A stretch of 64,000 nucleotides of DNA, taken from Hypanus sabinus. Taxonomy: Eukaryota. A program made the translations under genes and the position numbers. The DNA is taken from contig NC_082716.1 in assembly GCF_030144855.1 (NCBI RefSeq), positions 22,010,001 through 22,074,000 on the forward strand, given 5' to 3'. Positions 10,759-24,987 of the stretch are shown one piece after another. The notes under the pieces were generated by a model, which was given only the letters and a program-made list of their open reading frames with translations, was not told where the DNA came from and did not search any database. Each line of letters begins with the position of its first letter. The stretch's first letter is position 1.

Positions 10759-12871
10759 CTGTATCAGAAAGGGAGACATTCAAAGGGAGGTGATGGCTAT
10801 AATCATCAATGCCCGGTGGGCCTGGTCATGCTGTTTGGGGAATATTTTCTGATATGTATAGCGGGTGTGTATGAGTGAACCCTGCCCCCTGCTCGTTGTC
10901 TCAATGCTCACCATGAGAGCAGTGGTGCCAGTTTTCCAAACTGAGCACCGACAGGAAGATCAACAGGTTGGAATTGTTGGCGTTGAGCAGATGAACAAAC
11001 CAGTCGATAATGCAAAGGCGACACAAGTAAATTCAGATGATACGGTTTAACCATGCAAGATGGACTGATAGCAAACCTGCTGCACATTTTGCGCTAGTTT
11101 TCTTTTCCTTCGTGCTGCTGTGGTATTACACTGTTTCCTTGCCAATGTCTATTTCTGAACCTACATTAGCTTCTGGTTCCTCAGCACTTCTAAACTATAA
11201 TTCTCAAATATATAATTAAATCCCACATTGGCCTATTCCCTCCCTAACTCTTTTTTCATCCAGTGAACTGCATTCCTTCAAATCTGGAAGGAACTCCTCA
11301 CAACTTCAATGGCAGCTTTTACACCATCTGCCCTGGGACCTCCCTAAAATCACCTTCCCTCTCTCCTTCCTAAAACTAACCTCCAGCCCTTCTAACATAT
11401 ACATGGTGGGACTAGCATCCATTCCTTTTTGCAATAAGTCTCCAGGAGCATGAGCAACCAACTACATGATGCTTTTATTGTTAAAGTGTCACAGTTTTCA
11501 GGGGTTTCATATTATTTGTTCAACATTCCTTGGTTTCAGTAATCACTAGCATAAGAAGGCAATAGAAACATTCTAAATGTCCAACTATCTGGTGAATGAA
11601 TGTAAGAATTCTGAATGAAGTTGTTAGCAGCCTGTTCCCTGGTGTTGAGAATGTCATGGAATGATCTGATGAAGATTCATCAGATGGACCACTTTTGACC
11701 TGATTACGCAACGTCAGATTGGAAAGTTCACTCTGTTTTTCTCTCCACAGCTACTGCCTGACCTACAAGGTATTTCATGAAGTTCTGTTTTCACTTCAGA
11801 TTTGGCCCTTGAGTTTTAAGTTGATTTCAGAATGAATGGGTTGCCTAATTTGAGAAGGTTGAGCAGGTTAGAATTTAGAGGAATTGAAAGGGTATTACAC
11901 TGAAGGGGTGTTTCCCCTCATGGAGGGATTTAGAATTAGAGGAATGTAGCTCAGAACAATGGGCCAGCCATTTGAGATGGAGATGAGGAGGTATTTCTTC
12001 TCCAAGGGCATTGTGAATCTTTAAGATTCTGTACCTGAGAGTGCTGTGCAGGTGGAGTCATTGAATCCTTCCAAGGCTGAGGTAGACAGATTTTTGGACT
12101 TGAAAGAATCAAAGTTTTAGGGAACAAACAGGGAGATGGAGTTGGGCATCAAGCCTGGACTAGCCATGATCTCATTGACAGGCAGGGCCTCTTGACTGTC
12201 GGACTGACCTACATCTGCTCCAAATGCCACACCAGTTGTAGGGTGACAGATAATTACTGCACTGAGCAGTTGATTAATGGAATTCCCATCACTCTAGCAA
12301 ATTTCTACAGATGTACCATGGAGAGTCACCGCCTGTTATGGAGGCTCCATTAGCAGTTGCAGAGGTTGTAGACTCAGCCACCTCCTTCACATGCACAACA
12401 CTACCTAACTTCGTGGGCATCTTCAGAAGGTGGTGCCTCAAGAACGTGGCCTCCGTCACCATTGGGACATGACCACTTCTCGTTACCACCATTGGAGAGG
12501 AGGTACCGGAGCCTGAAGACACACACTCAATGTTTTAGGAACAGCTTCTTCCCCTCTGCCCTCAGATTTCTGAACAGCTCATGACCCATGAACACCAACT
12601 TGCTATTCCTCTTCTGTATTCTTATTTGCTTTTGTAACTTACAGTAATTTTTATATCAACCAGAAAACAACAAATTTCATGACATACTCTATGTCAATGA
12701 CTATAAACCTGATTCTGATTAACTTTTGTTGAAACAAAATTCATAACTCCTACCAAAAGGAGATCAGTGGCCTGAAGAAACGAAATATTAAGGAAGACGG
12801 GGAGGGAGTGCTGAAAGCTGCAAAGGAGACAGAGGACGGAATTGCTCCTTTGGGGAAAGTGACGTACGTAC

Positions 12872-13001
12872 AAGTGGCTGAGGAAAAAGCGGTGTTCGAA
12901 GAGGAGGTTCAGAGTGAAGTACACAACTCCCTCGATCGCCAAAGCTGTAAGGTTCTTGCCGATGAACTCCCAGTGGAATGGGTTAAAATAAAAATCTTCA
13001 C
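12872..13001 (-). CDS. ABCA4: ABCA4-like exon 40 (last TM helix of TMD2)
   Basis: 130 bp, GCAG/GTACG; (G)[42 protein letters not shown]. Confidence 0.93.
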
Positions 13002-14892
13002 CTGCAAAACAAGATTCAGCACATTAACATTAACTAGTTGCCTCATGACTACCTCCAGAATGAGAACAATTCTAATTTTGTATCCAGAAATAGATATTGA
13101 TTAATAATTAATTCATTGGGTATATTTAAGGCAGAGGTTGATAGATTCTTGATTAGGCAGGGTGTGAAGGGATATGGGGAGAAGGCAGAAGATCGGGGAT
13201 GAGAGGAAAAATGGATCAGCCATGTTGAAATGGTGGAGCAGACTTGATGGGCCAAATGGCCTAACTCTACTCCTATAGTTTATGGTCTTATGGTTTTAAT
13301 TCTTAGTGCTGATGCTTACTATTGGCACGGAAGAGCTGGGCGAGGAGACTGTCTGCCCACTGTGTAACTTCAGCACTCGATAATGACTAACCTTCCCACT
13401 TCCAGTCCTTAGTGTATACTGAACTGGTTTAACTCTGTTGATAAACACAATAGATTTTGCAGATGCTGGAAATCCTGAGCAACACACACAAAATGCTGGA
13501 GGAACTCAGCAGGCCAGGCAGCATCTATGGAGAGGAATAAACAGGGACACAGAGTATCTGTAATCAATATTTTTAATCAGGATTGTCCTCCTGCAGAGCC
13601 AGTGGATGGTTGGGGGGGAAGGGAGGGAATGGGCTAGTGGTGACGCGATGGGCAGAAGAGTGCCATTGGGTTGCTTGTGTTACCTTCGCTGCCAACTTCC
13701 TCTCACTTTTGCATGCTCAACCTGCTGCTCCTCCCTTCTCTTGCTTGGGGATCTCAGGGGACAGGTTGGTGAGCAACATCCATTGCAAGCATGCAGACTC
13801 CCACAGCTGAACTAACAAATATCACTTGCAACCCCGCTTCCTGTAAAGATTATACTCTATCTTCCAGCAACGTCTTATCGGTTCTGACATTGACACATTT
13901 CGCCCCAGTTACGTAGAACATTTCAGCATAGTACAGGTCCTCCAGCCTACAAAGTTATGCCAACCTCTTAACCTGCTGTAACTTCAATCTAACCCTTCCC
14001 TCCTACACATCCCTCCATTTTTCTATCATCCCTGTGCCTCTCTAAGAGTTTTTAAAAAGTCCTTGGTGTACTTCTATGCACCCACCACTCTCTGTAAAAA
14101 ACCTATCTCTGGCATTCCTCCTAAACTTTCCTCCAATCACAACAGAATTATTTGGAAATACAGTCGGGCAACAGGCCTTTACAGCCCAATGAGCCGGCAA
14201 TCTCCAATTACACCCTTGTGACCAATTAACCTACTAACCTGGACACCTTTGGAATGAGGGATGAAATGGTTTACTCACAATTTCAAAACTTAATAACTGT
14301 TGAAGATTCTTTCACATTGAAGAATGAGCAAACTTACAAAAATTATTTGATTTAAAACCATCTGAGACCTGGGCAATTTCCATGGAGATTCACAGTACGG
14401 CTTCACTGGGCGAGCAGTAAAACTGAGAGAATGCTAAGGGCTGTCATATTTATGGGGGTGGCACGATAGTGTAGCAGTTCGTGTAATGCTGTTACAGCAC
14501 CAGCGACGACCCGAGTTCAATTCCTGCCGCTGTCCGTAAGGAGTGTGTACGTTCACCTTGTGACCACGTGGGTTACTCTGTGTGGAGTACAGCCTCTGTG
14601 CCCTAATAAAAACTAATCCCCCCACCTTCACTATTCCCCATCCCCTTTTCCCTCTCTCACCTTGTCCCCTTACCTGCCCATTGCCTCCTTCTGGTGCTCC
14701 TCCCGCTTATCTTCCTTCCATGGACTTCTGTCCTCTCCTATCAGATTCTGCCTTCTCCTACCCTGTATCTCCTTCACCAATCAACTTCCCAGCTCTTTCC
14801 TTCACCTCTCCCCCTTCCTGGTTTCTCCTGTCACCCTGTGCTTCTTCCTCCCCTCCCCCCACCTTCTAACTCTGCCCCCTTATCTTTTCTCC

Positions 14893-14928
14893 AGCCCTGA
14901 TGAAGGATCTCAGCCTGAAATGTTGGCT
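14893..14928 (+). ncRNA. Minimal hammerhead motif in a PLE pLTR fragment (~14610-14935)
   Basis: AGCC-CTGATGA-AGGATCTCAGCCT-GAAA-TGTT-GGCT; stem I AGCC/GGCT. Confidence 0.65.
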
Positions 14929-14946
14929 CTACGCTTTTTCGTAAGT

Positions 14947-15251
14947 NNNNNNNNNNNNNNNNNNNNNNNNNNNNNNNNNNNNNNNNNNNNNNNNNNNNNN
15001 NNNNNNNNNNNNNNNNNNNNNNNNNNNNNNNNNNNNNNNNNNNNNNNNNNNNNNNNNNNNNNNNNNNNNNNNNNNNNNNNNNNNNNNNNNNNNNNNNNNN
15101 NNNNNNNNNNNNNNNNNNNNNNNNNNNNNNNNNNNNNNNNNNNNNNNNNNNNNNNNNNNNNNNNNNNNNNNNNNNNNNNNNNNNNNNNNNNNNNNNNNNN
15201 NNNNNNNNNNNNNNNNNNNNNNNNNNNNNNNNNNNNNNNNNNNNNNNNNNN
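14947..15251. other. Assembly gap (305 N)
   Basis: Run of N in intron 39, directly after a PLE pLTR fragment; ORFs spanning it are artefacts. Confidence 1.
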
Positions 15252-16270
15252 AGATTTTCTCTAGTTTGTATGATTGTTAAGCTGGGTTCTGAAAACAGGA
15301 AACCAGTAATGCAGGCCTTAGTCAGTCTGTTTTTGCAGTAACCACATAAACACAAGTCACCGAGTATCTGCACTTTGTGTGCGATTAGCAGAATCGCTGC
15401 ATTACTGCAAGTTCCAAATTAGTAACGCTAACCATAACCATCTCCTTTCCAGTAAAAGCTTATTTAAACTCGTTGTTTTAACCCAATCTCGTGCTCAACA
15501 TTAGATAGGCTTTTAGACTTTTTTCCTTTTATCATGAGGTTATTTTTTTCAAACTGCTATTGAGTTACAGCTGTGATGACTCGACTGATAACAGTTCATC
15601 TCCACATACCCACTTGAGTGCTGACATTTGCTGCCACAAGTTAATGCAGTTTGACTGTGACGGGTGAGGAACTACCCGGCCAGAGAGATTGTTCTGAATA
15701 CACCTGACCTGAGGACGCGGACATTCGCAATTCAGCTTCACTGGGAGGGTGGTAAAATTGAGAGAACGCTAAGGGTCGTCACATTTATTGCTTTGATACA
15801 ATAGAGTAGAGGTTAGCATAACACTATTACAGCACCAGCGATCAGGGGTCAATTCTTCCCACTGTCCGTACAGAGTTTGTACATTCTCCCTGTGACCACG
15901 TGGGTTACTTGATCATACTGGTGTAATTGGCGAGGGCTTCTTACTGTGTCTTTTTCTCCAAAAAGGTAAACAGTACCTTCTCACAAGTCAGTCAAAAGTG
16001 AGATTAATAATAGTGTAGTCTCTGCTTGCAGTTTCTGTATTGACAAATGGCACATTGAAGAAACTTAAAATAAGGTGAAACTAAGTCTTAAAATGGTAAC
16101 AACAACACACACAAAATGCTGGTAGAACACAGCAGGCCAGGCAGCATCGCAATTTCATTTCAGTAATATATTCGCCCTCCACAGTACCTTCAACTCATGA
16201 CTGAAGAGCAACCGGACCCGAGGATGGAGACACACTTACTGACTCTCTGAAGGACTATGTGAAGACTTAC

Positions 16271-16394
16271 CAAACCTTGCGTATACCTCAGTCACTGCCT
16301 GATTCATAGCCATGTCGATTAAACCTCTTCCCAAACAGAAGTGTGGAAATACTAGCAGAACATTTTTTAACATTGAATTGAACATTTGGAGACC
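16271..16394 (-). CDS. ABCA4: ABCA4-like exon 39
   Basis: 124 bp, CCAG/GTAAG; [41 protein letters not shown]. Confidence 0.95.
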
Positions 16395-17968
16395 CTGGAA
16401 TAGAAGATTCATGCAGTATTAATTGATTTGACCTTTGGCCATAAGCAAATAGGACATACCTGAAGAACTAGTGAAGATCAGAAGTTACAAGTTCACTGTG
16501 AATTTCAGTTATCACCCAACAATCTTACTAGCCACCCATTGCCCAACCTTCCTGGCATTCATCATTACTTTATACAATGCTGTGCAAAAGTCTTTGGCAC
16601 ATACTGTATATATAGCTAGGGTGCCTTAGACTTCTGCACAATATTGTATTTATTAACATGGAATGGAGACTGAGTTTGTAAATCTGATCAGAGCAAAGGA
16701 TGTTGGGAATAGTGAAGGTAGGGCAGTATGGGAGGGGTGTGGGGCAGGTAGCAGAGAAGGAGTGCCGGGGGGGAGGGAAATTGTGTGGGTGCAGAGTCTC
16801 CCTCACTCACCCTCTCTCTCACTCTTCTACTCTCTCTCTCTCTCATATAAGAGTTTTGCACAGTTATTTTATTCTCTTGGACTATTTTTATTTTTATTGT
16901 GTGACTGTATTTTACTGACATCTTATATATATTTGCTATCTTATACGTGCCTTGTGCAGTGTGTGACTGTTGGTACTGTGTTTTGCAGCTTGGCCCTGGA
17001 GTAACGCTGTTTCGTTGTCTATATTCAATGTTATTCATGTAAAGTTGAATGATGATTAAACAAACTTGAACTATCTCTATTGAATTCCTGCAGATTATCA
17101 GAGATTCATTTGTTGAACAAATAACATTTTTATAAAAATAGAACATTGTATTTTTTGAACAAAATGAAATAAGAAGGCCCATTCATTTGAGTCAGACTAT
17201 TATAGCACAAAAAAGCCTTTCTAGTAATGTTGAACTGCTATTCTACCCAGTCTAATCGACCTGCACCTGGACCACAGCCCTCCATACCCCTCAAATCCAT
17301 GTACTTATCTAAACTTCTCTTAAATGTTACTTTTGCATACCTTTATCAAATCTCCCCTTTTTCTCCTACTCTCCAGGGAATAAAGTCCCAATTTGACTTT
17401 TAACCTGTAAGTCATGTTCTGAAATCCTGGCTGTTTACCTGGTTATTACCTGGCCCACATTAGCTTTTATTCTGTGTACCTAATCCCATTGATCTGCAGC
17501 TTAACCAAACTCCTCTTAAATGCTGCAATCGAACCCGCATCCAGCACTTCTGCTGGCAGTTTGTCCCACACTTGCCCCATCCTCTGAGCGAAGAAGATTC
17601 CCCTCATGTTCCTCTTAAATATTTCACCTTTCACCCTTAAACAATGACCACTAGTTCTAGTCTCACTCAACCCCAGCTTGCATTAACCCTATCGATACAA
17701 TTTTGTATACCTCTATCAAATCTCCCCTCAGTCTCCTGCGTTCCAGAGAATAAAGTCTGAAGCTATTCAACCTTTCCCTGTAAGTCAGGTCTTCAAGTCC
17801 TGGCTTGATTACCTGGCCTATAATGGCTTTTAAATATCTAGTCTCTCATTCCGCCAACAATGCGAACCAGCAGAGCAGGAGTATCTCAGCCCACTCCATC
17901 ATTCTCCCAGGGAAGAGCAAAACAAAATGTCTATTTAGTAGGCTTACAAAAACTCAGAGAACACCCAC

Positions 17969-18116
17969 CCTGCTATTTTCAAACAGGTCGAGAATAAACG
18001 TGATGGCACTGCCATTGATGCCGATGAAGAGATTGATGCAGGACAGAGCCACGTAGGCAGTGCTGGGAACACTGAACACAAACGATGCTGGGTACATCAT
18101 GGGGGTCACCGCCCAC
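17969..18116 (-). CDS. ABCA4: ABCA4-like exon 38
   Basis: 148 bp, GCAG/GTGGG; [49 protein letters not shown]. Confidence 0.95.
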
Positions 18117-18222
18117 CTGCAACAGAGGGGAACATACGTTTGAAGCTTGATGCCAGCAGACAAATAATGACCAACCAGCCCCTGAGGAGATGAATAATGG
18201 AGATGTTGAATTTATGCCTTAC

Positions 18223-18338
18223 CCGTAAAGCAGTAACAGAGCTACAAATGCAGGCAGGTTTTGTGAAGAGGTGTAGGCTTTCTTCCTGAAGCCAATGAAG
18301 ATCAGGATTACCATTATTGTAGTCACTGAGTAGTTACA
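18223..18338 (-). CDS. ABCA4: ABCA4-like exon 37
   Basis: 116 bp, TCAG/GTAAG; [38 protein letters not shown](G). Confidence 0.95.
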
Positions 18339-18989
18339 CTGAGGAATAGGGAAGCAAACATTGTCAGGTGAAATGTTACAACTGCTGCAAGATAGCACAG
18401 CAATCAAAGTTCAAGGTTCAAATTAAATTTATTGTCTAAGTACATACACTCAGTGGCCACCTGCACATCAATGCAAATACCCAATTATGCCAATTAAGTG
18501 GCAGCAACTCAATGCATAAAAGCATGCAGATGTGGTCAAGAGGATCAGGCTAAACTTCAAACTGGTGTTGTAGAAGATTGCCTTGGAGCCTGAAGGGACT
18601 GTGGACTGTGGACTGATCCAGAGAGATGTTGAAGATGTCTGTTAGAACCTCTGTTAATTCACACCCTCAGTCCCTCAGCTCCCAACCAGGTATGCTAGGA
18701 AGAGGCGGCTAAGGTAAGTGAGGAACTCTGAGGAAAGGAGGCTGGCGAATTAATAACAGTGCACAAAGAAAGGGCAGATGTGTCAAATAACTTTTTTTGC
18801 AATAGTCTTCACCATGGAAGGCATTGTTAATATCCCTAGGATATCAGACAGACTAATTCCAAATAACATGGTAGAAATGACAAAAATCTCAATGATAAGG
18901 GGTTAAGTTTTGAAGAAAACCAGGGGGCTTCAAGCAGTAAGTCACAGTGCTCATTGAACTTTGCACTGGGATTTAAGGGTTATGCCTGC

Positions 18990-21900
18990 AGAGAGAGAGG
19001 GCCCATTGATTGATATCTTTCATTGGGCTCACTTCCAGGAAGGGTGGGACCTGTACAAAAGGGATGGTTTGCGCCCAAACTGGAGGGTACTAACATCCTA
19101 ACAGAAAGGGTTGCTAGTATTGAATGGGGGAGGGGGGTAGTGTGGTGGTTTAAACTACAGCCGCAGGAGGATGGGAACCGATGTACTAGAACAGATAGTG
19201 GAGTGGTTGTGCAGAAAGATGTTATCAAGCCTACATACGTACAAAGTTGGTCATCAAAAGGATGAGCACGGTGGGACTGACGTTCTGAGCTGCGTATATT
19301 TCAATGCAAGGAGTTTTGTAGGAAAGGCGGATTACCTCAGGGCCTGGATCAGCATGTGGAATTATGACATTGTTACCACTAGTGAGACTTGGTTGCAGGA
19401 GGGGCAGGACTGGCAGCTCAATGTTCCAGGGTCCTGTTGGCTTAGAGGTGACAGCGTGGGAGGGGTGGCATTTCTAGTCAGGGAAAATGTCACAGCAGTG
19501 CTCAGTCAGGACAGACTGGAGAGGGTCTAATGAGACTTTATGGGTAGAACTGTGGAATAAGAAAGGCACGACCACGTTAATGGGATGATATTATAGACCG
19601 CCCAACAGTCTGCAGGATTTAGAGGAGTAAATTTGTAGAGGGATTGCAGAATGTTGCAAGAAACACAAGATTGTGATTGTAGGTGATTTCAACTTTTCAC
19701 ATATTGACTGGGACTCCCATACTGTAAAAGGACTGGATGGAATAGAGTCTGTCAAATGTGTTCAGGGAAGTTTCTTTAATCAGTACATAGAAGTCCCAAT
19801 GAGAGAGTGTGCGATACTAGATCTCCTATTAGGGAATGAGACAGGGCAGTTGACAGAAGTTTATGTAAGGGAACGCTTTGCATCTAGTGGTCATAATGCC
19901 ACTAGTTTCAAAGTGTTTATGAGAAAGGATAGGTCTGATTCTTGGTTTGAGGTTCTAAATTGGAGAAAGGCCAATTTTGATGGTATCAGAAAGGTTCTGG
20001 TAAGTGTGCATTGGGACAGGTGATTTTCTGAAAGGTGTACTTGGTAAGTGGGTGGCCTTCAAAAGTGAGAATTTTGAAAGTATAGAGTTTGTATGTACCT
20101 GTGGGAATAAAAGGCAAAGATAACAGGTTTACAGAATCTTGGTTTTGAGAAATATCGAAGCCCTGGTCGAGAAACAGAAGGAAGTGCATCAAAAGGCACA
20201 GACAGTTAGGAACAAATGAGGCAGCAGAGGAGTGTAAGAAATGTAAAAGAACACTTAAGAAGGAAATCAGATTGAATAAAAGAGACATGAGTTGCTCTAG
20301 CAGTCAAGGTGAAGGAGAATCCTGAGGGTTTCTACAGATATAGTAAGAGCAAAAGGATACCAACGGTCAAAATTGATCCTCTGGGAGATCAGATTGGTAA
20401 TTGATGTGTGGAGCTGGAAGAGATGGGGGAGATCTTGCTTCTGTATTTGCCCGGGAGGTGGACATGGATTCGGTAGATATGAAGCAATGCAACAGTGAGG
20501 TTATGGGCCCTATACAGATGAGTGAGGAGGTGGTGCTTGTGGTCTTGAGGCAAATTAGTGTGGATAGATCCCCAAAGCTTGACAAGCTGTTCCCTCAGAC
20601 CCTGTGGGAGGCTAGTGCAAAAAGTTCAAGGGCCCTAGCAGAGATATTTAAGACCGTAAGACATGGGAGCAGAATGGGGCCATTTGGCCTGTCAAGTCTG
20701 CTCCACCATTCCATGATGGCTGATCCTTTTCTCCCCTCCTCAGCCCCACTCCCCAGCCTTCTCCCGATAACCTTTGATGCCATGCCTAATCAAGAACCTA
20801 TCAATCTCCGCCTTAAATAGACCCAACGTCCTGGCCTTCACAGCTGCCTGTGGTAACAAATTCCACAACTTCACCACCCTCTGGCTAAAGAAATTTCTCC
20901 GCATCGCTGTTTTAAATGGATGCCCCTCTATCCTAAGGCTGTGCCCTCTTGTCCTATGTTTCCCCCATGGGAAACATCCTTTCCACATCTACTCTGTCTA
21001 GGCCTTTCAACATTCTAAAGGTTTCAATGAGATCCCCCCCCCCCCTCATCCTTCATCCCCCCTTTATTCCCAGAACCATCCTTGTGAACCTCCTCTGAAA
21101 CCTCTCCAATGACAGCACATCTTTTCTTAGATGAGGAGCCCAAAACTGTTCACAATACTCAAGGTGAGGCCTCACCAGTGCCTTATAAAGCCTCAGTATC
21201 ACATCCCTGTTCTTGTAGTCTAGTCCTCTTGAAATGAATGCTAACATTACATTTGCTTTCCTCACCACCAACTCAACCTGCAAGTTAGATTGTTCTGCAT
21301 CACAGATTTTTGGATTTTCTCCCTGTTTAGAAAATAGTCTGCACATTTATTTCTACTTCCAAAGTGTATGACCATGCAATTGCTAACCTTGCATTTCATT
21401 TGCCACTCTCTTGCCCATTCTCCTAATCTGTCTAAGTCCTTCTGCATCCTACCTGTTTCCTCAACACAACCTGCCCCTCCACCAATCTTCATATCATCTG
21501 CAAACCTGGCAACAAAGCCAGCTATTACATCATCTAAATCATTGATATACAGCTTAAGAAGAAACAGTTCCAACACTGACCGACCCCTATGGCAGCCAAC
21601 CAGAAAAGGACCCTTTTATTCTCATTGGCTGCCTCCTACCAATCAGACACTGCTCTAGCCATGCCAGTTAATTTCCTGTCTTACAATGGGCTCTTAAATT
21701 GGTAAGCAGCCTCATGTGTGGCACCGTGTCAAAGGCCTTCTGAAAGTCAAAATATAGAACATCCACTGCTTATCCACCCCATTATCTATCCTATGTGTAA
21801 TCTCCTCAAAGAATTCCAACAGGTTCGTCAGACAAGATTTTCCCTTAAGGAAACCATGTTGACTTTGTACTATTTTGTCCCGTACCATGAAGTACTCCAT

Positions 21901-23640
21901 AACCTCATCCTTCACAATTGTCTCCAACATCTTCCCAACCACTGAGGTCAGGCTAACTGGTCTGTAATTTCCTTTCTGCTGCCTTCCTCCTTTCTTAAAG
22001 AGTGGAGTGACATTTGCAATTTTCCAGACCTCTGACACCATGCCAGAGTCCAAAAGTTTTTGTCAGATCATTATTAATGCCTCCACAATCTGTATAGCTA
22101 CCTCTTTCAGAGCCCTAGGGTGTAGTTCATTTGGTCTGGGTGACTTATGTACCCTTAGGACTTCCAACTTTTTGAGCACCTTCTCCCTTGTAACTGCACT
22201 CCTCTTCCCTTACACCCTTCAATATCTGGCACACTGCTAGTGTCTTTCACAGTGAAGACTGATGCAAAATATTCATTATAAACATCCTTAGCCATTGGTG
22301 GGTTGCGGATGTTTGTAGGATAGCTAATGTAAAGATAGGCTCTAAGAATAAATCAGGAAATTATAGGTTGGTGAGTCTGACATCAGCTGTGGGAAAGTTA
22401 TTGGAAGGTATTCTGAGGACTGGATATATAAGTATTCGGATAGACATTGACAGATTAACGCTTTGTGCTTGGTAGATCCTGTCTAACTAATCTTATAGAG
22501 TTTTTTGAGGAAGTTAACAGGAAACTTGATGAAGGCAAGGCAGTGGATGGGGTCTACATGGACTTTAGCAAGGTCAGTGTGGGAGGTTGGTCAAGAAGGC
22601 TCATTCGCCTGCATTCAAGATGAGGTAGGAAATTGGATTAGACATGGGCTTTGCGGAAGAAGCCAGAGTGTGGTAATTGACGGTTACCTCTCTGACAGGC
22701 GGCCTGTGACTAGTGGTGTGCTGGGGGGGATCAGTCTGTTGCTGTTTGTCATCTATATGGACGACAATGTGGTAAGCTGGATCGGCAAATTTGCCGATGA
22801 TGCCAAGAATGGGGGTATAGTTGAAAATGAGGAAGGCTATCAAAGCTTGCAGCGGGATTTGGACCAGCTGGAAAAATGGGCTGAAAGTTGGCAGATCGGA
22901 TTTAATACAAGCAATTGTGAGATGTTGCACTTCGGTAGGACCATCCAGGGTAGGTCCGACACAGCGAGCGATAGGGCACTGAGCAGTGCAGTAGCAATCT
23001 GGCAATAAATCATTCCTTGAAAGTGGCATCACAGGTAGGTAGTGCGGTAAGGAACGCTTTTGGCACATTGGCCTTCATAAATCAAAGTACTGATTACAGG
23101 AGTTGGGATGTTATGTTGAAGTTGTACAAGTCGTTGGTGAGGTCTGATTTGGAGTATTGTGTGCAGTTTTGCTCACCTACCTACAGGAAAGACGTAAATA
23201 AGATCAAAAGAGTGCAGAAAAATTAACAAGGTGTTGCTGGGACTTAAGAAAAGGTTGAATAGCTTAGGACTTTAATCCCTATAATGTAGAAGACAGAGGG
23301 AAGATTTGATAGTTACACAAAACAATGAGGGGTATAGATAGGTTTTTCCACTGAGGTTGGATGAGACTAGAACTAGATATCATGGATTAAGGGTGAAGGT
23401 TGAGATGTTTAAGGGAACATGGGGGGTACTTTTTCACTCAGTGGGTGCTGAGAGTGTGGAATGAGCTGCCATCTGGATGCAGGGTTGATTTCATTACTTA
23501 AGAGGTTTTTGGATGGGTACATGGATGGGAGGGGTATGGAATGCTATGTTTCAGGTGCAGGTCGATGGGTCTAGGCAGACTAATGGTTTGGAATGGATTA
23601 GATGGGCCAAAGGGCCTGTGTTTGTGCTGTAGTATTCTAT
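18990..23640 (+). mobile_element. Long degenerate CR1 LINE (end of ORF1, APE endonuclease, RT, 3' UTR)
   Basis: YFNARS, SETWL, IVGDFNFSHIDW, ILDLLL, KFADDAK, LEYCVQF; ORF1 esterase-like DLYKRDG...GTNIL; 3' ATTCTATG tail. Confidence 0.88.
20651..22278 (-). mobile_element. CR1 LINE fragment nested antisense inside the long CR1
   Basis: Minus-strand peptides WKIANVTPLFKKG..NYRPVSLTS, FADDMKIGG, VRPHLEYC, RNFFSQRVV; the host reads through as GAGATATTTA|AAACATCCTTAGCC. Confidence 0.88.
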
Positions 23641-23819
23641 GACTCGATATCACACTGAACTCTGGGAGGGTTACAGGGTGGCTCGCTTGTACGAAATAGA
23701 AGAGAGGCAGAAGGCAGGGAACTACAGGCCAATTAGTTTAACATGTATAATTGACAAGATGCTGGAATCGATAATCGGAAAAGGAACAGCTAACCAATCA
23801 CTTAGGAAAGCTGAATATA

Positions 23820-24987
23820 CCGTACCTGTAAAAGTATTCAACCCCTTGGGAGTTTTCAAGAATATGAATACAAGAAAATTTCCAAGTATCCCTTGGAGTA
23901 CCGTTAAGTCAGTCATCAAGAAATGGAAAGATTATGGCACAGCTGTAGATCTGCCTAGAGCAGGCCATTCTCAAAAACTGAGTGACCATGCAAGAGGGGC
24001 ACTACTGAGGGAGGCCACCAAGAGACCTATGACAACTCTGGAGGAGTTACAAGCTTCAGTGGCTGAGATGGGAGAGACTGAGCATACAACTGTTGTCAGG
24101 GTGCTTCACCAGTCACAGCTCTATGAGAGAGTGGCAAAGACAAAGATACTGTTGAAGAGAACTCACATGAAATCTCAGTTAGAGTTTGCCTGAAAGCATG
24201 TGGAAGTCAGGTGGAAGTTTCTATGGTCTGATGAAACCAAAATTGAGCTTTTTGGCCACCAGACTAAAGGCTATGTTTGGTGTAAACCAAACACCGCACA
24301 TCATCAAAACACACCATCCCTGCCATGCAGCATGGTGGTGGCTGCATCATGCTCTGGGGATGCTTCCCTGCAGCAGGCCCTGGAAGGTTTGTGAAGGTAG
24401 AGGGTAAAATGAATGCAGCAAAATACAGGGAAATCCTGGAGGAAAACCTCATGCTGTCTGCAAGAGAACTGTGACTTGGAGATTTTTTTTTCAAGCAAGA
24501 CCCCAAGCATAAAGCCAAAGCTACACAGGAATGGCTTAAGAACAACAAAGTTAATGTCTTGGAGCGGCCAAGTCAGAGCCCGGACCTTAATCCAATTGAG
24601 AATTTGAAAATGGCTGTTCATTCATGATCCCCATGCAATCTGACAGAGTTTGAGCAGTTTTGTAAAGAAGAATGGGGAAAGATTGCAGTGTCCAGATGTG
24701 CAAAGCTGATAGAGACCTAACCACACAGACTCAAGACTGTAATTGCTGCCAAAGTTTCAGCTACTAAATACTGACGAAGGGGGTGAGCAATTATGCAATC
24801 AATTATGCTGTGTTTTATATTTCTAATTAATTTAATCACTTTTTTTTTAGAGATCTGTTTTCTCTTTGACATGAAAGAGTATTTTTCTGTTGATCAGTGT
24901 CAAAAAAGTCAACATCACTGTGATTTAAAGTTGAATAAAACATGAAAACTTCCGGGAGGGGAGGCAGAATACTTCTTATAGGAACTG
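23820..24987 (+). mobile_element. Tc1/mariner transposon, internally deleted and frameshifted
   Basis: TA TSDs; TIRs CCGTACCTGTAAAAGTATTC / GAATACTTCTTATAGGAACTG; peptides [38 protein letters not shown]. Confidence 0.9.

Noticed and set aside
14662-15373. 180-200 aa ORFs
   Set aside because: Open only because they cross the N gap.
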